Source: Candidatus Poribacteria bacterium (GTDB lineage: Bacteria > Poribacteria > WGA-4E > PCPOR2b). From it: a stretch of DNA of 64,000 nucleotides. Below, one piece after another: positions 54,762-64,000 of this stretch; position 1 is the stretch's first letter, and every line of letters starts with the position of its first letter. The position numbers and the translations under genes were made by a program. Below the pieces are notes generated by a model. The model was not told the origin of the DNA. It saw nothing but the letters and a program-made list of their open reading frames with translations, and made no database searches. Where the stretch lies: assembly GCA_965218095.1 (NCBI GenBank), contig OZ244587.1:2688001-2752000 (forward strand), read 5' to 3'.

Positions 54762-55350
54762 GTTTTCAAAACCAGAACTCGTGACGATAGCGGTAGCACT
54801 CTTAGGCGGAGACACAATGCATGTCGATCGTGAAGATGTCGCCCTCAAGGTGAACGATATTGCACCGGGGCGTTTTAACTGGCGCAAATATCCTGAACGA
54901 ATTGACCTAGATGCTGTTGGTGGTACGCTCCGCACAGCGAAGAAACCCCAAAACGGAGGATTGGTAGTCGGGAACAATACAAAAGGCTGGATGCTCAGTC
55001 CCGCAGGTTTGAAGTGGGTAAAAACTGTCGACCTCGGTGCCGTTGACGATGAACTTCCAGTTAAACACAGGAAAGCTTCTATCTCTGCAAATCAGGAGTT
55101 AGAACGCAACCGTTTGTTCAATACAAAAGCGTATAACCTATTTGTTGAAGGCAAATCTAAAGAGATCTCCGTACAAGATTTCTACGAGTTTGCACGAGTG
55201 AACGAATATTTTCAAATCAAAACCAGACAGCGGAGATACGCAATCATAGCGAATGCGGTAAGCGATGATGATACCTTATCAAAATTGTGGGATTTGCTTC
55301 AAACGAAATTTTCAGAGGAGATGAATAATGGCGAGACAACGCTCCATTGA
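54748..55350 (+). CDS. Hypothetical protein, winged-helix-like N-terminal domain
   Basis: ELVTIAVALLGG...VDREDVA...PGRFNWRKYPE...GWMLSPAGLKW, ending in a W.L(S/T)..G wing signature. Overlaps both neighbours. Confidence 0.65.
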   Translation: MQKVEFSKPELVTIAVALLGGDTMHVDREDVALKVNDIAPGRFNWRKYPERIDLDAVGGTLRTAKKPQNGGLVVGNNTKGWMLSPAGLKWVKTVDLGAVDDELPVKHRKASISANQELERNRLFNTKAYNLFVEGKSKEISVQDFYEFARVNEYFQIKTRQRRYAIIANAVSDDDTLSKLWDLLQTKFSEEMNNGETTLH

Positions 55351-56848
55351 GGTTACCTCGCATGTAGCTAGGGACTTCCTTCAGAACGCTGCGTATTTTA
55401 ATACCATGTCCAAAGTGGTTTGGGAATACGTTGCCAACTCTCTAGACGCTGTCAAAGATGACAACCTAACAATCATTGCGGTTGAGATAACAAGTCACGA
55501 AGTCAGCATATCTGACAATAGTCGTGGCATGTCCAGAAAAGAACTAAGCAGCTTTTTTCAGATGCACGGAGAGAATATCCTTAGAAAGCAGGGAAAGAGA
55601 GTCCGAGGACGATTTGGTACAGGCAAATGTGCCGCTTTTGGTTTGGCAAATTCCCTTCGGATTGACACAACTCAGGCAGGCTTGAGAAACGTCGTTGAAC
55701 TGCACAGGAAAGACATTGAAAAAGCACGAAGTGGCAAACCATTTTCGGTTCGGAATATCGAGGAAAATCAGCTAACAGATGGAGACGATGGGACAATGAT
55801 TGTCATTCGTGAACTCAACATAAAACGTCCGGACGTTGATAAGGTGATTTCATACGTTGAACGCCATCTCAGTCGCTACCGCACCCGTGCCCATGTTACT
55901 GTAAACGGGCATGTCTGCAAGTTTAAAGAACCACCGTTTATAGCGCAATTTGAACGTCTTCCGCCAATAGGAGTTGCCAAACACGTTGGTGAAGTATCCC
56001 TGAATGTGAAGGTGTCTCCTGTACCATTAGATGATGATACCCAAGGGATTGATATTTTATCACATGGTATCTGGCATGAAACGACGCTTGCAGGAATTGA
56101 GAGAAAAGAGAACGCGAATCAAATTTTTGGGCAGATCGATGTACCGATCTTGGAGGATGGTGCATGGCCAATTCCGGCTTTTGACAACACGAGAAATAAC
56201 ACGCTGAACCGACAAAATCCCGTAGTTGTGGTACTGCTGGGTTGGCTTTCAAAGGAGCTTGAAGAAATAAGATCAGAACTTGTGAGACAAGCTCGTGAAA
56301 AGCGTCGATCAGCAATAGAAGCGAAGCTCGCGAAAGAGGCTGATAGGATCTCGGACATTCTCAACCGAGACTTCGCGCAACAAGAGATGGAACTTGAAAT
56401 GACTCAAAGGGTTAAGCGTTCCAGGAGTAGAAGTGTGCCGGGAAATACACCGAAACCGAAACTAGCTGTATCGCCAGGAAACAAACCCAAGCCGAGAAAG
56501 AATCCAAGCGGAGAAAACGAAAAACGAGGAAAAGCAGTTTTCTCGATTGAATTTGAGCGTTTCACTGCCGAGCAAAATCGATCAAGGTACGCCGGTGAAA
56601 CGAAGACGATTTTTATAAACTTAGACCACCCCCAGATCGCTAGTGCATTTGAAACTGGAGGAAATTCTACCGATTCACGAGAGTTTCGAGAGGTTTGCTA
56701 TGAAGTTGCAGCGGTTGAATATGCGATTGCTTTACCGTATGAGAAACTTGAGAAGGACGAGTTATATCCCGCAGAAGACGCGCTGTTTGATGTAAAGGAA
56801 ACCATCGATCGGGTAACTAAGCGATTTATGCAAGTCCTTATAACTTAA
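55328..56848 (+). CDS. MORC/MutL-like GHKL ATPase (HATPase_c_3)
   Basis: Bergerat motifs [32 protein letters not shown] and DGT; S5-like region (FDNTR); coiled coil; FINLDHP tail motif. Confidence 0.85.
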   Translation: MARQRSIEVTSHVARDFLQNAAYFNTMSKVVWEYVANSLDAVKDDNLTIIAVEITSHEVSISDNSRGMSRKELSSFFQMHGENILRKQGKRVRGRFGTGKCAAFGLANSLRIDTTQAGLRNVVELHRKDIEKARSGKPFSVRNIEENQLTDGDDGTMIVIRELNIKRPDVDKVISYVERHLSRYRTRAHVTVNGHVCKFKEPPFIAQFERLPPIGVAKHVGEVSLNVKVSPVPLDDDTQGIDILSHGIWHETTLAGIERKENANQIFGQIDVPILEDGAWPIPAFDNTRNNTLNRQNPVVVVLLGWLSKELEEIRSELVRQAREKRRSAIEAKLAKEADRISDILNRDFAQQEMELEMTQRVKRSRSRSVPGNTPKPKLAVSPGNKPKPRKNPSGENEKRGKAVFSIEFERFTAEQNRSRYAGETKTIFINLDHPQIASAFETGGNSTDSREFREVCYEVAAVEYAIALPYEKLEKDELYPAEDALFDVKETIDRVTKRFMQVLIT

Positions 56849-56978
56849 GGTCTGCTTTTTAGATTCAGCCAGGGTTGAGGAACATCGCGACTTCCAAATT
56901 CTTTGGCATCTCCTGATTTGTATGTTGGATGGTGGCTGGACTGGGATTGGCGTTACGGCGTTTGCGTCTCCTACGACT

Positions 56979-57010
56979 GCCGAACCAGCCGTTGCAGTTG
57001 ACGGCGGGGT
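56979..57010 (+). other. 5' half of an attC-like site
   Basis: GCCGAAC-CAGCCGTTGCAGTTGACGGCG parallels GCCTAAC-CTGTCGTTGCAG at 50653. The 3' half is absent and the integrase fragment follows. Confidence 0.55.
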
Positions 57011-57023
57011 CTGTAGTTTTAAT

Positions 57024-57254
57024 AATGAGAGCACTTTGCAAAGAGCGGTTAAAAAAGCAGCGCAGCTGACATCCATCCATAAGTCCGTGAATTGCCACAC
57101 CTTTCGCCACAGTTTTGCAACGCATCTGCTCGAAGATGGATACGATATCCACACCGTTCAGGAACTGCTCGGTCACAAGGATGTGAATACCACGATGATC
57201 TATACCCACGTCCTCAACCGCGGTGGGTTAGCCGTGCGGAGTCCGCTCGATTAG
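57024..57254 (+). pseudogene. intI: Integron integrase C-terminal fragment
   Basis: [12 protein letters not shown]...[53 protein letters not shown] is the characteristic IntI tail. The N-terminal part is missing. Confidence 0.85.
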
Positions 57255-57317
57255 TCTGACTTCGAGAAATTACTTTGGGTAAGCCAGACCTTGCTTGCCA
57301 AGGAGAGGGACAGATCC

Positions 57318-60146
57318 ATGCGACGCTGGATAAAACTCCTATTTCTCGGTTTCCTCACTCTGCTGATTAACAGTGCTTACCTGATCAGCTTTGGGGTGCC
57401 AACGATATTTTACATTTCGAACGTGCTGATTCACGTTGTCCTCGGGGTTGTCTTGGTCATCCCGTTTATTGGCTATGTCCGCAAACATTTCGCCGGCATG
57501 TCGATTGTTGGCAGAGGCGGGATGGTTTGTCTGGGAATCGGGGCGATTTCGGGGGTATACTTGATGATTGTCGGCGCTACAACGCCCAATCGTTGGCTGC
57601 TTGTAATCCATATCATTACTGTGATACTTGGCACGATTCTATTTGTCGGACACCTATTCATCCTCGCAAGACAACCCCACGCTTCAGATCAGTTACAAAA
57701 GGGGGCGAAGGTTGCCAGGATTGTTCTCCTCATCGGTCTGCTGTTTCCCGTTGGCGCAAAGATGATTCAGCATTATCGACCAAACCCAGACTATCTTGTG
57801 AACAATCCGCCCTCCCCGCCGACCAGCATGTATGAGGAAGGCGGTGGTACCGATGGTCCTTTCTTCCCTGCCTCCGTCGAAACCTATTCCGGTGATCTGA
57901 TTCCCACCGATTTCTTCTTGACCTCTCAAACCTGCGCCGCAAGTGGCTGCCACCCGGACATCTATAAGCAGTGGAACGAATCGGCGCATCACTTCGCTTC
58001 CTTCAACAATCAGTGGTATCGGAAATCGATTATATATATGCAGGATGTCAATGGGATTCAACCGTCCAAATGGTGTGGCGGGTGTCACGATCCAGCCATC
58101 TTGCTCAACGGCATGATGGATCGACCGATTCGGGAGAATTTGCATACGCCCGCCGCGCAAGCCGGGCTCGCGTGTACAGCCTGTCACTCGATTGAAAGGG
58201 TCAAAGACACGATGGGCAACAACAGCTACGTGATTAAATATCCGCCTCTCCATGAAATCGCTGCCAGCGAAAATCCGATCATCCGCAAACTCCATAACTA
58301 CCTCATTCGCCTAGATCCAGAGCCGCATAAAAAGAGTTTCCTAAAGCCCTTCCATCGTCAGAACACAGCGGAATTTTGCTCAACCTGCCACAAAGTGCAT
58401 CTCGATGTGCCGGTCAACAATTTCCGCTGGTTTCGCGGCTTTGACGACTATGATCAGTGGCAATCCAGCGGCGTCTCCCATCAGGGGGCGTTGTCTTTCT
58501 ACTACCCTGAAAAGCACAAGAAGTGCACGGACTGCCACATGCCGCTTGTTCCATCGAAGGACGCAGGGAAAATTGATGGGAAAGTCCACAGCCATCGTTT
58601 CCCTGCGGCGAATACGGCGCTGCCCTTTGTCAACAAACATGACGAACAACTCAAGGTTGTCACTGAGTTTCTCCAGGATAATCAGGTGAGTGTGGATATT
58701 TTCGCACTGAGTCCTGCGACGCCGATGCAGCATATCGGCGGATCGCGTGCCGGCCGCCCCCGCGCCTTTAGTATGGTGGGTGAAGGAAGTCATGTGCGGC
58801 ATGCTGCCGGCACCGTGACAGACATAACGAAGATCGTTGCGCCCATCAATGGTTCCAATGCAACCGTCCGGCGCGGCGAGGAGGTTCGGGTTGATGTCGT
58901 CGTCCGCACAAGAGGCGTGGGACACCAATTCCCCGCCGGAACAATTGATGCCTTCGATATCTGGTTGGAGTTGAAGGCGACGGATGAAAACGGTAGGGTC
59001 ATCTTCTGGAGCGGGATGATTGAGGCGGAAGATGAGAATGGGCCTGTTGACGAGGGAGCGCATTTTTATCGGGCTTACATGCTGGATGAACACGGCAATC
59101 TTATCAATAAACGCAACGCCTGGGCGACGCGGACTATCCTCTATGCGAACACCATTCCCCCCGGCGCTGCGGATACCGTTCACTATCGACTTTTCATTCC
59201 TCCGGATTGTGGGGATAGCATCCATCTGCACGCAAAATTGAACTACCGCAAGTTCAACTGGTGGCACACACAGTGGGCTTATGCGGGGGTTCGCGATCCG
59301 GATGACACCGATTTTCAGGTCGATAAAGGCTACGACAATGGACGCTGGGTCTTTACCGGAGACACATCGGATGTCGCCGGACAGATTAAAGGCATTCCCA
59401 ATCTACCAATCGTCCCCATGGCGGAGGATAAAGCGGCGTTGCGGGTGATTGACGCTGATGCCGCCCTTCGGGAAGTCGAAATCACTCCTAGAGGGAACAA
59501 CCGTGAGCGTTGGAATGACTACGGCATAGGGCTGCTGCTGCAAGGCGATCTCAAAGGCGCGGAAGCCGTGTTCACCAAAGTCACGGAGATCGATTCGGAC
59601 TACATGGACGGATGGGTGAACGTTGCGCGATGTCGCATTCAAGAAGGCGATATGAAAGGGGCGGCAGAGATGCTTGAAAAAGCCTTCGCGCTCCAGAAGC
59701 GTTTACCCCCTGACAATCCCCATCGAGCGAAGGTACACTACTTCTACGCGCTGGTCCAAAAGGCGTACGGAAAATATGATGAGGCGCTCGATCAATTACG
59801 GTCGGCTGCCGCACAATTCCCGCGAGATCGAAGGGTTCGTAATGAAATTGGTCGTCTACTGTACCTCCAGCGGAAGTACGAACAAGCCCTTGCAGAATTC
59901 CAAAAAACACTGGAGGTCGATCCGGAAGACCTGGATGCCCACTACAACATGATGCTCTGTTATCGTGCGCTCAAAAATGAAGTGATGGCGGCTAAAGAGC
60001 AGAAACTGTATACGCGGTTTAAGGCAGATGAATCCGTTGACGCCATCACCGGCATCACCCGTCGCGCCGACCCACACGCGAACCTTGAGCGTCAGCGCAT
60101 CCATGAGCACACTTCGGCGTTGGATACGTCGAAGGCGATTTACTAA
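57318..60146 (+). CDS. Membrane-anchored multiheme c-type cytochrome with C-terminal TPRs
   Basis: About 5 TM helices; CGGCH, CTACH, CSTCH, CTDCH plus atypical CAASGCH; TPRs in the last ~200 aa. Confidence 0.85.
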   Translation: MRRWIKLLFLGFLTLLINSAYLISFGVPTIFYISNVLIHVVLGVVLVIPFIGYVRKHFAGMSIVGRGGMVCLGIGAISGVYLMIVGATTPNRWLLVIHIITVILGTILFVGHLFILARQPHASDQLQKGAKVARIVLLIGLLFPVGAKMIQHYRPNPDYLVNNPPSPPTSMYEEGGGTDGPFFPASVETYSGDLIPTDFFLTSQTCAASGCHPDIYKQWNESAHHFASFNNQWYRKSIIYMQDVNGIQPSKWCGGCHDPAILLNGMMDRPIRENLHTPAAQAGLACTACHSIERVKDTMGNNSYVIKYPPLHEIAASENPIIRKLHNYLIRLDPEPHKKSFLKPFHRQNTAEFCSTCHKVHLDVPVNNFRWFRGFDDYDQWQSSGVSHQGALSFYYPEKHKKCTDCHMPLVPSKDAGKIDGKVHSHRFPAANTALPFVNKHDEQLKVVTEFLQDNQVSVDIFALSPATPMQHIGGSRAGRPRAFSMVGEGSHVRHAAGTVTDITKIVAPINGSNATVRRGEEVRVDVVVRTRGVGHQFPAGTIDAFDIWLELKATDENGRVIFWSGMIEAEDENGPVDEGAHFYRAYMLDEHGNLINKRNAWATRTILYANTIPPGAADTVHYRLFIPPDCGDSIHLHAKLNYRKFNWWHTQWAYAGVRDPDDTDFQVDKGYDNGRWVFTGDTSDVAGQIKGIPNLPIVPMAEDKAALRVIDADAALREVEITPRGNNRERWNDYGIGLLLQGDLKGAEAVFTKVTEIDSDYMDGWVNVARCRIQEGDMKGAAEMLEKAFALQKRLPPDNPHRAKVHYFYALVQKAYGKYDEALDQLRSAAAQFPRDRRVRNEIGRLLYLQRKYEQALAEFQKTLEVDPEDLDAHYNMMLCYRALKNEVMAAKEQKLYTRFKADESVDAITGITRRADPHANLERQRIHEHTSALDTSKAIY

Positions 60147-60183
60147 GTTTCAAATTTACCCAAACAAAGGAGGCGAACGAATT

Positions 60184-61011
60184 ATGGCTTACACACTTGA
60201 AGACGAATTTGGAGACATCATCGGCAAAGCGAGACGTGGGCAGGGCTTGAGCGTGGGGCAGGTTGCAAGCAAAACGGGGCTTACCGACGCGCAAATCTCG
60301 CAGATGGAAAGCTATACGCTGAAACCGACAGAAGAACAAGTCCACAAAATCGCGGGGGCGCTTAATCTCGATGGCTCGAAATTGGCTGACATTGCGATGG
60401 AACGCTGGACGCCTGAACCGGTCCAGCCAGGGTATGACGATACATTGGAGGTGGTCACAATCACCGCGGATGTGGGCGGGTGGCCCGTTCACGCTTACCT
60501 GTTGGTTTGCAAAGAGACCAATGAGGCCGCTATCATCGATACCGCCGCGCATCCAGATGATGTCCTCCAAAAGGTGAAAGAGACCGGGGTCAAACCGACG
60601 GCAATCCTCTTGACACACGCACACGGCGATCATGCGAACGGTTTGTCGGAGATCGAAAGGGCGACGGGCTGTCCGACATACATCCACGCGAAAGAGCCAC
60701 AGCCGCGCAGCACCCAACAACTTCGACTGCTCAATCATGGGGATGAAATGGAGGTTGGTAAGTTCACGGTGAAAACGCTCGACACGCCGGGACATACGCC
60801 CGGCGGTTGCAGTTTCCATACCCGTTCCACCGTAATCGTCGGTGACGCACTGTTCGCAGGCTCAGTGGGGGGTGCGAACATTTCGTACACCGATCTGCTT
60901 TCAGGAGTTCGGAATCATCTGCTTTCGCTCCCGGACGATGTTAAGCTCTTTCCCGGTCACGGTCCTGCCACGACGGTCGGCGAAGAAAAAACGCACAATC
61001 CTTTCTTTTAA
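60184..61011 (+). CDS. XRE-type HTH fused to a glyoxalase II-like metallo-beta-lactamase-fold hydrolase
   Basis: RBS AAGGAGG; KARRGQGLSVGQVA..TGL HTH; THAHGDH, TPGHTPG, GDALF, PGHGP, EKTHNPF. Confidence 0.85.
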   Translation: MAYTLEDEFGDIIGKARRGQGLSVGQVASKTGLTDAQISQMESYTLKPTEEQVHKIAGALNLDGSKLADIAMERWTPEPVQPGYDDTLEVVTITADVGGWPVHAYLLVCKETNEAAIIDTAAHPDDVLQKVKETGVKPTAILLTHAHGDHANGLSEIERATGCPTYIHAKEPQPRSTQQLRLLNHGDEMEVGKFTVKTLDTPGHTPGGCSFHTRSTVIVGDALFAGSVGGANISYTDLLSGVRNHLLSLPDDVKLFPGHGPATTVGEEKTHNPFF

Positions 61012-61018
61012 TGCTAAA

Positions 61019-61047
61019 CCTTGCGAAGGTTTCAAACCTTCGCAAGG
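61019..61047. repeat. REP-like perfect palindrome
   Basis: CCTTGCGAAGGTTT-C-AAACCTTCGCAAGG, a few nt after a stop codon. Confidence 0.7.
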
Positions 61048-61101
61048 CTTGAGTCCATCAATTCAAAGTTGACAGACTACGAGACTGTACGGACCTACAA
61101 G

Positions 61102-61148
61102 TAGAACCCCTGGTCGCATTCTCAGGCATGGCCAGGGGTTCTGTTTAT
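61102..61148 (+). terminator. Hairpin, possible intrinsic terminator
   Basis: AGAACCCCTGGTC...GGCCAGGGGTTCT followed by GTTTAT. Confidence 0.5.
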
Positions 61149-61185
61149 AGTCAGGCACAAGAGCACCTGCTGGGAAGATGTAAAA

Positions 61186-62154
61186 ATGAAAAAGAACTGG
61201 AAACCTGTCGATCTGGCTGAAGTTACCACCTATCCGATTCGTGATCGGGTCAATAAAGTCTCGATCCACGACTTCGCCTCGCCGCCATCGGGGAAGGGTT
61301 CTGATGAACTGCTGACTTCCCTGCCGAGGATCCTCAAAGCCGCGGACTTCCTTGAATTGGTGGATCTAATCGTTGCAGCGCATCGACGCGATAAGCCGAT
61401 CATTGTGATGTTGGGCGGGCACGTCATCAAATGTGGGCTGAGTCCGATTCTGATCGATTTGATGGAAGGTGGGGTCATTACGGCGCTTGCCTTCAACGGG
61501 GGGTGTAGCATCCACGATTTTGAGATTGCCCTCATCGGCGAAACCTCCGAAGATGTCGGCGAATACCTCCAAACCGGTCGGTTTGGCATGGTCGAAGAAA
61601 CAGGGCGTTTTATGAACGAAGCCATCCGAGGTGCCGCCGACGCAGGAATTGGTATGGGAGAGGGGCTTGGTCGGAAGCTGATCCAACTCGATGTGCCTTA
61701 TGGCGATTACAGTCTACTTGTTGCTGGTGTGCGGCTAGGCATTCCGATCACAGTGCACGTCGCAGTCGGGACGGACATTATCCATCAACACCCATTGGCG
61801 GATGGCGCCGCAATCGGGGGGACAAGCTTCATCGATTTTCGCCTGCTTACAGCGATTGTCACCGAACTTGGCGATGGTGGAGTTGTACTGAATCTTGGCT
61901 CCGCGGTCATCTTACCGGAGGTTTTCCTCAAAGCCTTGACAATTGCGCGGAACCTGGGAAACCGTGTAACGCATTTTACCACGGCGAATTTCGACATGAT
62001 CCAGCATTATCGGCCAGAGGAAAACGTCGTCAAACGCCCGACGAACATCGGAGGACAGGGTTACACGTTTACCGGGCATCACGAGCTCATGATTCCGCTG
62101 CTGGCAAGCGTGGTTGTCGGAAGAATCGAAAAGGGGAAAGCTAAGCTGAAATAG
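61186..62154 (+). CDS. Deoxyhypusine synthase-like (DHS-like NAD-binding) conserved protein
   Basis: GGHVIKCGL, IHDFEIAL.GETSEDV, FGMVEETG, GSAVILPEVFLKA, GHHELM. Confidence 0.65.
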   Translation: MKKNWKPVDLAEVTTYPIRDRVNKVSIHDFASPPSGKGSDELLTSLPRILKAADFLELVDLIVAAHRRDKPIIVMLGGHVIKCGLSPILIDLMEGGVITALAFNGGCSIHDFEIALIGETSEDVGEYLQTGRFGMVEETGRFMNEAIRGAADAGIGMGEGLGRKLIQLDVPYGDYSLLVAGVRLGIPITVHVAVGTDIIHQHPLADGAAIGGTSFIDFRLLTAIVTELGDGGVVLNLGSAVILPEVFLKALTIARNLGNRVTHFTTANFDMIQHYRPEENVVKRPTNIGGQGYTFTGHHELMIPLLASVVVGRIEKGKAKLK

Positions 62155-62368
62155 ATTGGGAATATTCTGCTCGAAAGAATTGGTAGTTCCTGAAACCAAC
62201 ATGCCGATTGGGAAAACCAAACCAATCTTATTATGAACCATTTCTTTCGGTGTCAGTTTATCCAGTGAAGTGCGTAATGTGTTGAAAACAGTTTGTGTAT
62301 CATAGGTGATGTTCATGGGGTGACGCCTCCTACCGAAGCCGCTGTCATTCCGCAACCGCGTATAGCTT

Positions 62369-63335
62369 TCAAAAACTCGCCAGCAAGCTCAAAAAATGGG
62401 TGCTGATCAGATCATTGGTGAGCAGGGCATAATCCAGCCGAAAGCGATCAATGTGCATCCCAACGCCACCGGTGAAATCACCATCGCGGAGTCCAACCCG
62501 TAAAGTGAGGGGATTGCTGAACTGGTATTCTAAACCGAAGTGATTTTGCCCACCATACCGTGTCTCGTGTTCATAAGCCAAAACCAGTTGATGGCTGAAG
62601 AGCAGATCGTTGTGATAAGAAAACCCAAGCTTGACGTTCGTGGGAATCGATTTGCGTTGGGATTCAGTATTCCACGTCAGTGTCGTCTTGGAAATATCCT
62701 GCACATTCAATCTAACCGAAAAGCCGCCAAACCCTTCAGCGCCGACGGTGGCATTCGTATCTAATACACGAATCAAGACTCCAGCGTCGAAGCTAACGCC
62801 ATCGGCAGAGGCGCCAATGAGCGATTGCGAGATCCGCTTTACGTTTACGCCAAACAGGAACTCTGGCGGCTGCGAATTTCTACCAAAATTGTCCCACCAC
62901 TCCTGACTGATTGCGAATCTCGCAGCCATAGTCAGAACGTAGGCATTTTCGCTATCGCTGAGGAAGCTGGTTGGCTCAAAATTTGGGCGATATTTCGCGA
63001 TGTCCCGCCGTTCACCAGGACCAATATTCGGATCGAACGCCGGATAAATCGGGATGTCATCAACGCCTGCATGAATCCACGATGCACCGAGTGCCAACCA
63101 TGGACTCATCTGATTGATAGCGACGATGTAATTAAAGCTCCCCAATCCAGCAGAGCGGCGGACTGCGTGCATCAAGCTAATCTGGACCTCGTCAGTGAGC
63201 GCGGCAACACCAGCAGGATTCCAGTAGGTAGCGGTGACGTCATTGGCGACGCCCACCGATGAAAGTCGCCCGTGTAGTTTTCCCCCGTGCTGACGGGAGA
63301 AAGAGAAAATTCATCAGCAGCATAAGAACTGGCGT
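62369..63335 (-). pseudogene. PorV/PorQ-like beta-barrel protein with a disrupted 5' end
   Basis: VANDVTATYWNPAG followed by beta-strands ending in Phe. The signal-peptide and ENYTGDF segments upstream are out of frame and the GAR..GMGGA motif is missing. Confidence 0.65.
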
Positions 63336-63614
63336 AAAACGCGAAGCGTGAAACGTGATTCTAGTCAATTCATTATTGATTAGAAACTGTTGAGAGGGTT
63401 GCGTGAAACGTGCATATTACACAATCCAACCGGGGGGGTGTCAATTGGGAAGTCGTAACCAAGGCGTTGACATTTTTAAACAAATATGGTACATTTGCAA
63501 TGTTTCAAAAGCAGCCGATTTCTACAAATGTCAACCAGCCGCTTGAATGATTTGCCTCAAAATAACTATGCCTACTTTTGAGGAACATCAACAAAAAACG
63601 AGAGGTGCAAAACC

Positions 63615-63977
63615 ATGAAAATTACACCAAACCAAATTGTCTCATTGGGATATAGCAAATTTTTTAGATCCGACGCCATTATTGGACTCGAACCGATTGA
63701 AGAAGGTCGCGGACCCGGCAAGCGGACGTATGTCTACCTGCAGGGACATACGACACCTATCGTTGCCTCTAGGTCTGAGAGTGCGATCCTCCACGATCTC
63801 ATTGAGGCGCCGACGGAGGTTATCGATACCCGTGAACAGTTGGAACTATTGAAGGACATCGTGGAGGCATTAGAAACCATCCAACCGATGCTCAGGTCTA
63901 TTGTCCGTGATCAAGGAAATTGGGACTTAGACCGGTTGGAAGAACGGTTGAAGGCGCTGCTAGGTGGCGAAGAATAA
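63615..63977 (+). CDS. Conserved hypothetical protein (weakly RemA/DUF370-like N-terminus)
   Basis: RBS GAGGTG; upstream TTGACA-17nt-TACATT promoter-like motif; IVSLGYSKFFRSDAIIGL pattern; C-terminal helical segment. Confidence 0.55.
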   Translation: MKITPNQIVSLGYSKFFRSDAIIGLEPIEEGRGPGKRTYVYLQGHTTPIVASRSESAILHDLIEAPTEVIDTREQLELLKDIVEALETIQPMLRSIVRDQGNWDLDRLEERLKALLGGEE

Positions 63978-64000
63978 TGTGCGACACAACAATGCTCTTC

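Noticed and set aside
56922-57254. Functional integrase / XerD
   Set aside because: Only ~75 C-terminal residues match. The ORF's N-terminal part is read-through of attC-like DNA.
62160-62330. Minus-strand ORF starting MNITYDTQT after a GGAGG RBS
   Set aside because: It runs antisense into the DHS-like gene. Only the first residues resemble DUF2283-type starts, which is insufficient.

Overview
This is a bacterial chromosomal window containing the replication origin (rpmH | oriC-dnaA-oriC-dnaN-recF-dciA-gyrB-gyrA). It also holds core clusters (ftsH-folP-acpS; rpsF-ssb-rpsR-rplI-dnaB; mlaEFD; radA-PIN/TRAM-ispD-ispF-cysS; dprA; accA). The organism is diderm and rich in TPR proteins; a Poribacteria-like lineage is an unverified impression. 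Two accessory zones stand out. (1) 1-5.5 kb: an IS982 remnant, an apparently intact frameshifting IS5-family element, a 159-bp MITE with identical 16-bp terminal repeats, a secreted metalloprotease-like/TPR gene pair, and a truncated DAHP synthase behind an attenuator-like leader. (2) 50.4-57.3 kb: an integron-like relic made of a complete attC-like site, a half attC and a C-terminal IntI fragment. It brackets a tightly overlapping three-gene operon encoding a 1162-aa protein (PspA-like N-terminus + 8 tandem RNA-polymerase alpha-CTD-like repeats + sigma70 region 4 HTH + C-terminal winged helix), a 200-aa winged-helix-like protein and a MORC-type GHKL ATPase. This operon is the best candidate for an undescribed, possibly anti-phage, system. 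Many small gene lesions, short tandem duplications and 7/8-mer microsatellite-like patches are also visible. No rRNA, tRNA or CRISPR array was seen. All calls are by-eye motif recognition; no searches were run.
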